Source: an uncultured Bacteroidales bacterium | GTDB lineage: Bacteria > Bacteroidota > Bacteroidia > Bacteroidales > Paludibacteraceae | Assembly: GCA_902792535.1 (NCBI GenBank) | Contig: CADAZU010000007.1 | Span: 5,968-69,967, forward strand | Reading direction: 5' to 3' | DNA length: 64,000 nucleotides | Shown: piece after piece, positions 36,899 through 46,922 of the stretch | Numbering within the stretch: position 1 is the stretch's first letter | How the letters are laid out: each line of letters opens with the position of its first letter | The notes under the pieces: model-generated | What the model was told of the DNA's origin: nothing | What the model saw: only the letters and a program-made list of their open reading frames with translations | Databases searched by the model: none | Made by a program: the position numbers and the translations under genes

Positions 36899-38080
36899 TT
36901 AAAAGCCCTTTTTAGAATGTTTTATGCGATAGGAGTTCTGAATATCCCGGTATCTGAGAATAACTTCGTCCATGACACTCTCCCACGAACGAGCGATCGT
37001 CATAGAGGCTTTGTCTCCCACTTTCTCAAGAACTTCCGGGTGCTCCATCAGCCATGCCAGCCGATCCGCATACGCCTGTTTGTCATTCGGCGTAAGGAAT
37101 CCGTTGACATCCTTCTCTATGACCTCAGCCGCTGTTGAATCCTGCAGCATGAGTGCCGGGGTGTGCATCGCTGCCGCCTCGCGCACGACAAGCGGTGCGT
37201 TGTCATAAAGCGAGGGGAAGAGGAATAGATCCGCCGCCGCATCGATGCGTTTGAGGCGTTCGCGGTCATGGATATTGCCGAGGAGGGTGACATGATCCTG
37301 AAGCCTCAGTTCATTAATCTTCTGGCGGATTTCCCGCACGGCGTAGCCGGTACCGACCATAAAAAGATGGAACGGCCGCTCTTTGACAAGAGACAGAGAA
37401 TCGAGTATAAAGCCTATATTCTTCTCCCAAATATGTTGTCCGACGAAGAGGAGCATCGTCTCATCCTGTGCCATGCCTAATTCCTCGCGCATCTGCGTGC
37501 GCATTTCCTTAATAAGGCGTACGGGCGTAGAGAAATCGTTTCCATTCTCCACCACCTCCACGTGCCCGGTATAGCCGTACTCACGGAGGGTGGGCTCAAC
37601 CGCGGCCTGCGGAATCCAGACTTCATCGGCTTTCTCAAAGAAATCCACCACCTGACGAATCATCCAGTCCACCAATTTCTTATTGGGCACATTGTGCTCA
37701 AAATCCTGGCGGTACTTGGAGTGGAAAGTAGCCACGAGGGGTATCTTCTGCTTTCGTGCCGCACGGTAAGCCAAAGAGCCCGATGTAAAGGGGCAATGGG
37801 CATGAACGAGGTCGAAGCGCATCTTCCTCCAGTTACGCCAGAACGCCGCATCGGCATACGGCAAACCGTAGCGATACGGATGGCGGAAGGGGATAGGCAC
37901 AGAGACATATCTATTAATCGGATACGGAGCGGTGTCGATCACCTCCCCTGCCCCAGGAGCATAAGGCGTAATGACGCGCACATCATAACCCTTCTCATGC
38001 AACCAATAGGCGTAGTTTTGCGCCGTTAATGCCACACCATCCAGAATAGGCGGGAAATTATCATTGAATATACCGTACAT
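36899..38080 (-). CDS. Glycosyltransferase family 4
   Basis: 393 aa. N-terminal ...FPPILDGVALTAQNYAYWL.... C-terminal GT-B region ...ADLFLFPSLYDNAPLVVREAAAMHTPALM... (E-x7-E-like). Lies 30 nt downstream of the giant gene. Confidence 0.8.
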   Translation of the reverse strand: MYGIFNDNFPPILDGVALTAQNYAYWLHEKGYDVRVITPYAPGAGEVIDTAPYPINRYVSVPIPFRHPYRYGLPYADAAFWRNWRKMRFDLVHAHCPFTSGSLAYRAARKQKIPLVATFHSKYRQDFEHNVPNKKLVDWMIRQVVDFFEKADEVWIPQAAVEPTLREYGYTGHVEVVENGNDFSTPVRLIKEMRTQMREELGMAQDETMLLFVGQHIWEKNIGFILDSLSLVKERPFHLFMVGTGYAVREIRQKINELRLQDHVTLLGNIHDRERLKRIDAAADLFLFPSLYDNAPLVVREAAAMHTPALMLQDSTAAEVIEKDVNGFLTPNDKQAYADRLAWLMEHPEVLEKVGDKASMTIARSWESVMDEVILRYRDIQNSYRIKHSKKGF

Positions 38081-38110
38081 GTGTGTGAATTAACTACCTA
38101 TTTTTTCCTC

Positions 38111-41100
38111 TTATCGGAGCATAAACTTACCTCCTTTGGCGATCTTGCGGGTCTTAGAATCGAAGAAGACGTAGAAGTAAATATGCTCGGGTTTCGCCTG
38201 GAAGTAAGCACCTGCAGCCGAGGGCAGTGCGTCCACGAGAATCTGGTTTCCTTTCTCATCGATCTCTACCACCACGTCTGCCGGATCGGCGACAGGGATC
38301 TCCTGCAACATCAGCATATGTCCGTTGAGATCGTAGATACCCAATTGGATACCGATACCGATCGTGACACCTTTGTACTGGCCGTCTCCGGCATAGAGGA
38401 AGATATAGTCGTCCGTGTCCACCACAGCGGATGCAGCCCAGTTGGCATAGACGAAATTGAGGATATAGACGATGGTCGTACCATCCTGAGCGGTACAGTA
38501 TATCTCAACGCTCTTGCCATTCTCAATAACGGTCTCCATACCTGCTTCCCACGAAGCGAGCGTGTCCACCGGCACAGCCGTGATCTCCGGAATCTGGGCT
38601 CCCTGCGCAATGACGATGGTATAGGTGAGGGTGTCTCTATGATAGCCGCGTAATTCTTCGCCGTTCAGCCAGATCATATCCAGATGCGCTTCCGAGGAAA
38701 GCAGGATCGACTGGGAGATAGTATAAACGCCTATAGTACCATCCGGCGCGGTCACGAAGATCTGGAGCACGCCTTCGTCCATGGTGACACTCACCGTAGC
38801 GTTCGGATCTTGCGGGATAGCGGTGATTGCCGCAGCGGACAGCAATGCGGTTGAGTCAGTGCCGACCGGATAAACGATCTCGTATTCCTGTACGTCGGCA
38901 TCAAATCCGGCGATCGTCACGCCATTGACCTGCAGGTCTGCCAGATGCCAGTTGGAGGAAAGCAGATGAACGAAGGTAAGCGTATATTCGGAGGTAGTAG
39001 CACCGTCTCCGGCAGTAACGAGGATAGTGAGTTCCGTGTCGCCTACCCAAGTGGTGTCCACTTGCTGTTGTTCGTCCGCCGTCACCCATGTCACCACAGG
39101 CATTTCCGCTCCATAGAGCACCGCGTTCTGATAATTATATTCGGCAGGATCAAAGCCTTCCTGAAGTACTCCGTCAAGGAGAACAGCCGCCAAATCAGAG
39201 TTCTCCGAGGGCAGCCAAGTGAAGGAGAGGGTATAAGTCCGTGTTGTCACGCCATCCTCCGCTGTCACGGTAATGGTATTTCCGGAGACTGCTACCGTTG
39301 CCGCCGGATCTTCCGGCTCCGCTGTGATAGCCGGTGTCTGCGCACCAAACGGCAGAGCAATCGAATAGGACTCCTCGTCGGCATAGAAGGCATAGAGACC
39401 TATGCCGTCCAGCGCTATAGACGCCAGGTTGGCATTGGAGGATTTGGCTATTGTGAATACCACCGAATAGGTAGCGGTATGTACGCCGTCCTCGGCAGTC
39501 ACTACTATTGAAACGGTATTGCCGGTGCTCAGCACCTGCGCCGTGCTCTTGCTGTCCGAAAGAATATAATCCACCTTCGGCAGAGCATCAGTACCATGCG
39601 GCAGTTCTATATTATAGTTATACTTGTCCGGTTGGAAAGCGGGTACGGATTCATTGCCGACCATCAGGTCCGCCAGCGTACATACATCGGACGGAAGCAC
39701 ATCCACCTGAACCGTATAGGTATTCCGAGCCACGCCGTCCTCCGCCGTCACCACGAAGGTGACCGTAGCCGAAGAGCCGTTCTGCACCGTCGTCATTTCC
39801 GCTGTGGCTCCTTCGCATACCACTGCCGCCATAGCAGGTATAGCAGAGCCGGAAGGCAGAGAGAGGGTATAGCTAAACTGATCCGATTGGAATCCCGGGA
39901 TCGACACGCCATCCGCAGAGATTGAAGTGAGGTATGCCCCAGTAGCCGGCGTATGGAGGTGAACCAGCACGGAATAGCGGCTATGTGTTTTGCCATTCGC
40001 GGCAGTAGTCAGCACAAAGACCGCTACGTTTTCTTCGTCTATCCTAACCGTTGTATATTGCACATCCGCATCGGGATCTTGGGCTGTAGCCTCGAACTGG
40101 TCCAAAGATTCGAGCGTAACGGTATAGTCGTAGGTCTCCTCATAGAAGTCCGGCAGCGGCTCAGAGTTGGTGTTTATCGAAGCGAGAAGGGCATTGTCTG
40201 AAGGATGGCGGGCGATAATATAGGTAGTGTCTATTGCCGCTCCGCTACCAAATACATGGAGGTAATAGCAAGTATCGGTAGTCACCATTACAACGCTATC
40301 AAGGGCATATTCGCGGCTGTAGTTCACGATCGGCATCTCCTCCAGATTGACCAGACGGGCGGTGGACGATCCTATGATCGTATTCTCCGCAGGTACGTTG
40401 GTCACAGCGGCGGTGTTGACCGCGCTCTTCTCCCATGCCACATAATATACCTTTTGCGCTCCGCTCTCAGCCGTCACACCGATCACATACGCCGTGTCGT
40501 TGCGACCGATCACAACGGACTGGTAAGGCGAACCCTTGGTCACCGTCAGATCCATGCCATCGAGGGAATAAGTGATGGCAGTATTGGTCGATTTGGGACG
40601 GGTGACGGTCAGCGTATAGTCCGTATAAGAGAGGTTCTCAGCATAGTTGCGGATCGTCGCTGTGCGCACGCCGTTATTCTCCTCCGACCATGTCACAACC
40701 GGCATCTGGTCGGCTACTGCGTGTACGAACGCCAACGTAGGCGTTCCATAACTATCCGCGTCAATCGTAGCACTGATGTTCGTGCCGTCTATCGTTGCAG
40801 CCACGCCGTTCACATTCACGCCGGAAAGAACGGATGAATAGTTCAGACGCAGGTTATCGAAATACATAGAAGAGGTGAATCGGGCAGAAGAAGAAGCACC
40901 GGAAGAACTAATATAATAGTCCTCCAACACATCCGAATGGGCAGAACTAATCAATATATCCAATGTTACCGGTATATAATCCTCGGCATAAGTGATATTT
41001 CGCGAGAGTGTGCTCCATTGGTTCTTGGCCATGGTGTTAAATGCCTGCGAATAATTCACCTGTCTCATTCCATTCGCATTGTATATAAACCGCCAGCCGG

Positions 41101-44100
41101 TCACTTTGTTGTACGCCTGCAGGTTATAGTCGATCGCCACATTGTCCGGGGTGTTGCGGAAAGGAATGGGTTCTCCGAAAGCGAGGGAAGAGTGAATCTC
41201 ATATAGCCATAAAATCCATTTTCCAACCGACACCGTAGGCTGCGACAAGGACAAGAAGCCCGGCATGGACTCCGCCGAGGTCAGCAGCCATATCGTAGCA
41301 AGATTAGCCGCCAGGCTTCCTTCCGTATGTGTGGTGGTGGACTTAGCGGTATTCTCAGGATCATAGGTTCCCGCGTCACCGGAAGTGACGGCATTGATCG
41401 CCGAATACCAGCCGTTGGGGGCTTGACCGTCCGAATTGGTGTTGTCGTTATGATGGGATGTCCAGTTCTCAAATCCGAGATCAAAGGTAATGTCGCCCGG
41501 ATAATAATACGTCACCAAATAAGTGTGTTTGTATTCGCCTTCTTCACCTGCCTCCACAGTCAGTTTGACCCATTTCGCATTAGCATCCTTTTCCACTTCT
41601 GCATCGCTTTGCGCCGTGTAGGTCAATTCCGGCGTCTCGGCGACGGAAAGGACATAATTATACACATCGGGACGGAACTCCGGGATGGACACACCCGCCA
41701 CCTGAATATCCAACAATTGCGCCGGGTCGTACGGATAGACATTGGGCGTCAAGGTATATACCTTGTCTGCTTCGTTCGGGTCAAGCGATTTGACCGTGAT
41801 CACTGTGGGTTCCAATACGCCGCCACCGATAATCGTCACCTCTTGCTCCGGGTAGTTCTTCGCCACCGAGACGACCTCCATCGCGGTCGTGCCATAAGGC
41901 AGATTGATTGTGAAATCCGGTCCTTGGGTCATATCCAGCGCACCTATTCCGTCTAATACGATTGCCGTCAGTTCATTCGCCAAACCGGGCAATGCCACAG
42001 TATAAGAGAAGGAGTATGTAGCCTGCGTGCCGTCTTCGGCGGTCACAACGATCGTGGAGGGTTGACCTATAGGCGCTTCGGTGATTAGGAGCGACTGCTC
42101 CGGCTCTCCCTTTTCTACGGTCAATGCCGGCGACAGGGTCGTGCCGTAAGGGAGCATAATATCCGTATAGGTTTTTGTAGCCGGATCGAAGGAGAAGTTG
42201 ACTCCGTCAATCTCTACAGACGCCAGATCCGTGTTGCTCGATTTGGCAACCGGGAAATCAATGGTATAAGTCCGAGTGGTCGTTTTATCTTCCGCCAAGA
42301 CTTTGATTCGCGTAGGACGGTTGATACCTCCGTGCTCTACGGTGATCGTCTGGCCGGTTGTTGCTGCTACCGGCATGACTGCCGGCACTTGGTAGGTGCG
42401 CCATGGCAACGGATAGGTGTATGAGAGGGTCGCGGGGTCGAACGGATTGTATTTCTCGCCTCCTATGTACAACTCCGCCAGCGTTGCGTCCGACGAAGCA
42501 GGGAAGGAATCCATCGGGAAGGCAGGAATAACCACCTCTTCCGGCGAGTTGAGACGCACCGTATAAGTGTTCGGAGTACCCTCCTCCGGGGTCACCACGA
42601 TGCGCGCTGTACCGTAGGTAGAGGGCGAAACGATTGAGATTTTCTGTCCCTCATTTGCCAGAACGGTCACTTGGGGCATGGTGGCATTATTCCAAACCAG
42701 CGAATAGTCCAGCTGCTCGGGGGTAAAGCCCTCCAGCTCATTGCCGTTCAGATAGATCATTTGCAACAACGCATTCGCCGATTTCTCCACCTCGAATGCG
42801 ATCATATACACCCGCGTCGAGCCGTCGCCCGCCGTGACGGTCAGACGGACTGTCATTTGCGACTGGTTCACCGCCAAAGCCACCTGCTGGTAAGTATCTC
42901 CGGGTGTATAGGTTACCGTCGGCATGTTCTTTGTGCCAGCAGGCAAAGAGACGGTATAGTTCAGCGTGTCGGAGTGGAACGCCTCCATCGGTTCGCCATC
43001 CAACGCTATGCCGGCTAAGGCATTATTGGTCGATTTCTCGGTCTGGAAAAGCAGCCTATAGGTAGTCTTCGCGCCGCTTGCTGCGGTCACTACGATCCGC
43101 GTCGTGCCGTCCACGCCGCCTTCCGTCATCTCGACCGTCTGGTAGTTATCGCCCTTGGTGAAAGCGATCGCCGGCAGGGCAGTCGTGCCTAACGGCAGAG
43201 TGATGGTATAGAGCGTTTTCTCCGGAGCGAAGTCCGCTATCGGTTCGCCGTCCAGCGTGATACCCGCCAGATAGGAATAAGAAGACGCTTCTATTTTGTA
43301 TGTAATCTTATAGGTCTTGCTGAGCGTAGAGCCGGGTATGGAAACTTGGACTTGTGCGCCGGAGGCAAGGGTGTTGCTGAGCAATTGGATATTCTGCACT
43401 CCGTCCGGGTATGCCGACTGCCATGTGATCGCCGGAGCGTCTGTCGTGCCCAAAGGCAGCGAAACGGTATAGTTCGACTTGGTAGGTTGGAAGCCAGGCA
43501 GGAGCGAACCGTCGAGGTAGATCGCTTGCAGCGTCACGTCCGTCAATGGAGCTACCGAGAAATTGACCGTATAAGTCTGGGTCGTCGTACCGTCGCCTGC
43601 GGTCACAGAGACCGTAGCTGTTCCAGTGGTAGAAGTAGCCTGAGTGACCGAAACTGTTGCGGAGCCGTCCTGCGCAGAGGCGGTCACTTGCGGCACTTCG
43701 GTCGTGCCGTACGGCAGCGCTACGTTGTAATTCGTCAGATAAGCGTTGAAACCGTTCACCGTCTGACCGTTCACCTGCAGGTCTGCCAGACGGGCGTTGT
43801 TGCTCGCCTGCGAGACAAACTTGATCCGATAGGTGGTAGTAGTGCTACCATCCTCCGCCCGCACGGTAATGACGGTAGGCGCGCCGTCGACTTGACCATA
43901 CGTGATTGTACATTCCGCATCGGTCAAACGGCGTCCCGGGAAATTCGCTCTACCTCCACGTGTATTGGTCAATGAACCTGCTCCGCGGACACAAGTGATT
44001 GTTGGCATTTGTGTAACTCCCACACCTAATGAACATATCTGTTCGTCCGTATTATCGGGATCGAAGCCTTTCCACTCCTTGTTGGTCACGCCGTTGTTGA

Positions 44101-44971
44101 GGTATATCTTTTGCACCTTGCTGGAATAGATCAGCGAGATGTCGTCCACGTCCAGCGAAGATCCTGCATACTGTCCGCTATTAGCGCGGAAATCCGGATA
44201 GCGCCCCGCAGAGAGAATGACGTTGCATTTCTCCGGCACATCGTCATTGAAATAGTAGATCGGCACGGTGATCTTCGTCCAGTTGGGGTATGCTTTTTTC
44301 TCGTAATACCAACCTTCGGCAATCTGTTTGGCTTGTACGGCAGTACCGCACTCATTGCCGTCCAGAGCCTGACGAATATCGGATTCCTCATCAATGGTAT
44401 ATTCCGGATGCGATCCCGACACGTCGGTACAGGAGAGGTTCTTCGCCTTGAACGAAGAAGCACGCGAAGTACCGCTCCAGGCATAGTACAGCAGGTTGAA
44501 ATTCTCATCTGCGGTATGGTCACCCGCCGCATTGTCCACCGAACTATCATAGTACCGCTTGATCCATACGACCATCGAGTCCGGTCTGTTCGTCCAGCTA
44601 ATACCGCCATACGTGCCTGCCGTGGCATCTTCAATCGATGTGAGGCTCGATACATACGCCCATGGGTGTCCCAACGAGACATACCCCGGAGAAGTGGCCC
44701 CAATGCCCAACGCTCCGACAAACTGGTCCTGGATCTTGAGCGCGGAGCCGGACCTACCCGTCGTCTTATGGGCGAAATTGAATTCTACTTTCAACTGGCT
44801 TACATTGGAGAAATTCCAGTATTTAGGCTGCGCCGAACTTTTGAACTGGGCACCCGACCAGTCCTCAAACCCAGGATCGGGGAACTGAAAATTATCCGCA
44901 CTAACAGCCAAAGGAATTGCCATCCATGCGAAACAGAATAATAAAAGCTTAAAGAATTTACTCATATTCAT
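38111..44971 (-). CDS. Giant (2286 aa) secreted surface protein: signal peptide, PCMD-like domain, ~10 cadherin-like beta-sandwich repeats, second PCMD-like domain, ~10 more repeats, T9SS-like C-terminal tail
   Basis: Signal peptide MNMSKFFKLLLFCFAWMAIPLAVSA. PCMD-like N-termini DNFQFPDPGFEDWSG (aa ~26-282; 44126..44896) and ITFDLGFENWTSH (aa ~1158-1378; 40838..41500). About 80-88-aa repeats of the type L..L.V.G..I.GF.P....Y.V.LPYGT...P.VTA.......V.V......T.I.VTAEDG.T..TY.+.F. The C-terminal ~80 aa (IYDLNGHMLMLQEI...FMLR) resembles a Por/T9SS sorting domain. Confidence 0.85.
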   Translation of the reverse strand: MNMSKFFKLLLFCFAWMAIPLAVSADNFQFPDPGFEDWSGAQFKSSAQPKYWNFSNVSQLKVEFNFAHKTTGRSGSALKIQDQFVGALGIGATSPGYVSLGHPWAYVSSLTSIEDATAGTYGGISWTNRPDSMVVWIKRYYDSSVDNAAGDHTADENFNLLYYAWSGTSRASSFKAKNLSCTDVSGSHPEYTIDEESDIRQALDGNECGTAVQAKQIAEGWYYEKKAYPNWTKITVPIYYFNDDVPEKCNVILSAGRYPDFRANSGQYAGSSLDVDDISLIYSSKVQKIYLNNGVTNKEWKGFDPDNTDEQICSLGVGVTQMPTITCVRGAGSLTNTRGGRANFPGRRLTDAECTITYGQVDGAPTVITVRAEDGSTTTTYRIKFVSQASNNARLADLQVNGQTVNGFNAYLTNYNVALPYGTTEVPQVTASAQDGSATVSVTQATSTTGTATVSVTAGDGTTTQTYTVNFSVAPLTDVTLQAIYLDGSLLPGFQPTKSNYTVSLPLGTTDAPAITWQSAYPDGVQNIQLLSNTLASGAQVQVSIPGSTLSKTYKITYKIEASSYSYLAGITLDGEPIADFAPEKTLYTITLPLGTTALPAIAFTKGDNYQTVEMTEGGVDGTTRIVVTAASGAKTTYRLLFQTEKSTNNALAGIALDGEPMEAFHSDTLNYTVSLPAGTKNMPTVTYTPGDTYQQVALAVNQSQMTVRLTVTAGDGSTRVYMIAFEVEKSANALLQMIYLNGNELEGFTPEQLDYSLVWNNATMPQVTVLANEGQKISIVSPSTYGTARIVVTPEEGTPNTYTVRLNSPEEVVIPAFPMDSFPASSDATLAELYIGGEKYNPFDPATLSYTYPLPWRTYQVPAVMPVAATTGQTITVEHGGINRPTRIKVLAEDKTTTRTYTIDFPVAKSSNTDLASVEIDGVNFSFDPATKTYTDIMLPYGTTLSPALTVEKGEPEQSLLITEAPIGQPSTIVVTAEDGTQATYSFSYTVALPGLANELTAIVLDGIGALDMTQGPDFTINLPYGTTAMEVVSVAKNYPEQEVTIIGGGVLEPTVITVKSLDPNEADKVYTLTPNVYPYDPAQLLDIQVAGVSIPEFRPDVYNYVLSVAETPELTYTAQSDAEVEKDANAKWVKLTVEAGEEGEYKHTYLVTYYYPGDITFDLGFENWTSHHNDNTNSDGQAPNGWYSAINAVTSGDAGTYDPENTAKSTTTHTEGSLAANLATIWLLTSAESMPGFLSLSQPTVSVGKWILWLYEIHSSLAFGEPIPFRNTPDNVAIDYNLQAYNKVTGWRFIYNANGMRQVNYSQAFNTMAKNQWSTLSRNITYAEDYIPVTLDILISSAHSDVLEDYYISSSGASSSARFTSSMYFDNLRLNYSSVLSGVNVNGVAATIDGTNISATIDADSYGTPTLAFVHAVADQMPVVTWSEENNGVRTATIRNYAENLSYTDYTLTVTRPKSTNTAITYSLDGMDLTVTKGSPYQSVVIGRNDTAYVIGVTAESGAQKVYYVAWEKSAVNTAAVTNVPAENTIIGSSTARLVNLEEMPIVNYSREYALDSVVMVTTDTCYYLHVFGSGAAIDTTYIIARHPSDNALLASINTNSEPLPDFYEETYDYTVTLESLDQFEATAQDPDADVQYTTVRIDEENVAVFVLTTAANGKTHSRYSVLVHLHTPATGAYLTSISADGVSIPGFQSDQFSYTLSLPSGSAIPAMAAVVCEGATAEMTTVQNGSSATVTFVVTAEDGVARNTYTVQVDVLPSDVCTLADLMVGNESVPAFQPDKYNYNIELPHGTDALPKVDYILSDSKSTAQVLSTGNTVSIVVTAEDGVHTATYSVVFTIAKSSNANLASIALDGIGLYAFYADEESYSIALPFGAQTPAITAEPEDPAATVAVSGNTITVTAEDGVTTRTYTLSFTWLPSENSDLAAVLLDGVLQEGFDPAEYNYQNAVLYGAEMPVVTWVTADEQQQVDTTWVGDTELTILVTAGDGATTSEYTLTFVHLLSSNWHLADLQVNGVTIAGFDADVQEYEIVYPVGTDSTALLSAAAITAIPQDPNATVSVTMDEGVLQIFVTAPDGTIGVYTISQSILLSSEAHLDMIWLNGEELRGYHRDTLTYTIVIAQGAQIPEITAVPVDTLASWEAGMETVIENGKSVEIYCTAQDGTTIVYILNFVYANWAASAVVDTDDYIFLYAGDGQYKGVTIGIGIQLGIYDLNGHMLMLQEIPVADPADVVVEIDEKGNQILVDALPSAAGAYFQAKPEHIYFYVFFDSKTRKIAKGGKFMLR

Positions 44972-45029
44972 AAATTATTAAATTTTCTTCGTTTTTTGCG
45001 GCTCAAAAGAGCCCATTTTTTATCGGGTG

Positions 45030-45061
45030 CAAAATTACTGCTTTTTTGTCAAGCGGACAAT
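45030..45061 (-). promoter_or_regulatory. Promoter (aTTG-N20-TAatTTTG) for the giant surface-protein gene
   Basis: The -7 box is the reverse complement of 45030..45037, about 59 nt upstream of the ATG at 44971. The -33 is weak. Confidence 0.5.
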
Positions 45062-45093
45062 AGCGTTTATTACTAAAAAATATACGATTATTA

Positions 45094-45117
45094 AGCCCCG
45101 CTCATAAGAGCGAGGCT
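45094..45117 (-). terminator. Candidate terminator hairpin after the radical SAM operon
   Basis: AGCCCCGCTC-ATAA-GAGCGAGGCT (10-bp stem, one mismatch). On the minus-strand RNA an A/U-rich tract with a U6 run follows about 13 nt later. Confidence 0.4.
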
Positions 45118-45169
45118 AAAATTAGGGTTTAGGAGGTTACTATTTTTAAGAATGTCAAAAATTTGAGTA

Positions 45170-46246
45170 TTATTGCCCGACCCGATGGAGGTGGCAAAGC
45201 ATGAGCGAACCGTCTTCGCGTCGAAGGTGCATGCCGTTTCCTTCGCAGAAGGTCCAGGCTTTGCAGTCCTTGCAAGGTTCGGACTGCTTCATCCATGTGC
45301 GATCGCGGTAAGGTTTGAAGCCGTGCTCCCAGACAGACCAGAAGGAATCGCGGTATATATTCCCTTGGTAATACTTGCCGCGGATGGAGGTGCACGCAGA
45401 GATAGAGCCGTCAATGAGGATAGACGCAATTGAGATCCCTGCTGCACATTGGTAGAGGTGGTCGCGGACACGCCCTTCGTAAGTGCCGAGATAGCCTTCG
45501 CAGGAATAAGAGACATGACGCCCGGCCTCGCGTTCGGAGACGATAAAATCCATGAGGTATCGGAACTGCTCGTCGGTCAGTAGGAGTTCGGGATTGGAGG
45601 CAGCGCGTCCCATCGGGTCAATGCCAAAGACACGCCAGTCTCGCACGCCGAGCGACCAGAGCATATCGCGGATCTCGGGCAAGTGGTCTATCGTGCGCTG
45701 GTTAACGCAGGTGACGACATCGAAAGCGAGGGAGGGAGTAGAAGCATTGTGGTCAATTATCAATTTAATGGCGCGAGTGGCACCTTCGAAAGCAAGCGGG
45801 TGTTGGCGAAGCCAGATGTGGTCTTTTTCGAGTCCGTCGCAAGAGACCGTAATAGAACGGAGTCCGGCGGAGACGAGTTCGTCGAAGCGCTCTTGGGTGA
45901 GTGCCAAGCCGTTTGTGACCATTCCCCAAGGGTAGCCGCGCGATTTAAGAGCCCGTCCTATGTCGGCGAGGTCTTTGCGCATGAGTGGTTCGCCGCCGGA
46001 AATGATGATTAAAACTTCGTGGGGATTGACATGCGGAGTAACCTCCGTGTCTATGACATGGAGAAAATCTTCGGCAGGCATATCGGGTGTCTCGACCGAG
46101 GCGATGCAATCGCTGCCGCAATGGAGGCAATGGACATTACAACGGAGCGTGGACTCCCAAAAGAGCTGGCGAAGAGGGTGCAGTTCCTTGAGGTTTCGCC
46201 TCCTCAGGCTTTCGAGCCACAAGGCTATTTTCAGACGCATTTTCAC
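45170..46246 (-). CDS. Radical SAM enzyme with C-terminal SPASM/twitch-like auxiliary Fe-S domain
   Basis: CNVHCLHC (CX3CX2C) at 46118..46141, verified codon by codon. GGEPLM. C-terminal CAAGISIASILIDGSISAC (CX12GX4C) and CKDCKAWTFC (CX2CX5C) plus a further Cys. The start is GTG 46246 (GTGA overlap with the upstream stop) or ATG 46240. Confidence 0.9.
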   Translation of the reverse strand: MKMRLKIALWLESLRRRNLKELHPLRQLFWESTLRCNVHCLHCGSDCIASVETPDMPAEDFLHVIDTEVTPHVNPHEVLIIISGGEPLMRKDLADIGRALKSRGYPWGMVTNGLALTQERFDELVSAGLRSITVSCDGLEKDHIWLRQHPLAFEGATRAIKLIIDHNASTPSLAFDVVTCVNQRTIDHLPEIRDMLWSLGVRDWRVFGIDPMGRAASNPELLLTDEQFRYLMDFIVSEREAGRHVSYSCEGYLGTYEGRVRDHLYQCAAGISIASILIDGSISACTSIRGKYYQGNIYRDSFWSVWEHGFKPYRDRTWMKQSEPCKDCKAWTFCEGNGMHLRREDGSLMLCHLHRVGQ

Positions 46247-46452
46247 AGGTTTTCCTCCACGATAGATGTCGATGGTACTTCTTGTTGCACTTGTTCAGGT
46301 ACCGGAATTCCATACTCCGGTACAGGGCCATAGAGCACTTGCGGATCATCCGGCACTCCGTATTTTTGCATAGGTTCACAAGCCGCGAAGCCGAGAGCAC
46401 TTAACAACATGACGATTAGCGCATTAGCGCGGGTTAAGATTTTCTTTTTCAT
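46243..46452 (-). CDS. 69-aa lipoprotein-like peptide P1 with three YG.P motifs (candidate radical SAM substrate)
   Basis: MKKKILTRANALIVMLLSALGFAAC|EPMQKYGVPDDPQVLYGPVPEYGIPVPEQVQQEVPSTSIVEENL. Has a lipobox. ATGA overlap with the upstream gene. Clear paralog of P2. Confidence 0.7.
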   Translation of the reverse strand: MKKKILTRANALIVMLLSALGFAACEPMQKYGVPDDPQVLYGPVPEYGIPVPEQVQQEVPSTSIVEENL

Positions 46453-46922
46453 AATTCAAAATTAACTGTGGCATAGCCGTTATACGGTATTTTTTGATTT
46501 TGTACCAAAGCGGTGTCATAGGTAACGGGAGCAAAGATATACTGCTGGGGATATAGACCGGTTGAATCGGTCGCTACAACAGTTATTTCCGTAGGCACTT
46601 CGCGTCCGCGGTATCGGATAATCGTATATCGTCCGAGCGAGTCCGTGATCGAATAATTATAGGTCAGGATATCCGGTTCGTTCGGTTCACGTACGCCGGG
46701 CAGAGAGACATATATTCCGCTGAGCGGCTGGGATGCCGTATTGGTAACCGTGCCGTTTACAATCAGGCGGGGGCTCGCAGAAGTATAATGTCCTGCTGAC
46801 TCCGTTTCGCCCGGATTCACGATCCATACACCGCCATCTACATCCGTCGGAGAGTTCGCTTTACATCCGGCAAAACCGCTGCATAACGCAATTAAAAACA
46901 ATATGTATATATTCTTTCTCAT
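46449..46922 (-). CDS. Lipoprotein with carboxypeptidase-regulatory-like beta-sandwich domain
   Basis: 157 aa with lipobox ...SGFAGC. IVNGTVTNTASQPLSGIYVSL...ITDSLGRYTI fits a CarboxypepD_reg-like fold. ATGA overlaps at both ends. Confidence 0.65.
   Translation of the reverse strand: MRKNIYILFLIALCSGFAGCKANSPTDVDGGVWIVNPGETESAGHYTSASPRLIVNGTVTNTASQPLSGIYVSLPGVREPNEPDILTYNYSITDSLGRYTIIRYRGREVPTEITVVATDSTGLYPQQYIFAPVTYDTALVQNQKIPYNGYATVNFEL

Noticed and set aside
38945-44941. Numerous 80-276-aa ORFs on the + strand and in alternative minus frames inside the giant gene
   Set aside because: They are shadow ORFs of a 6.9-kb uninterrupted frame with a coherent repeat architecture. Their translations are R/G/H-rich and unlike real proteins.
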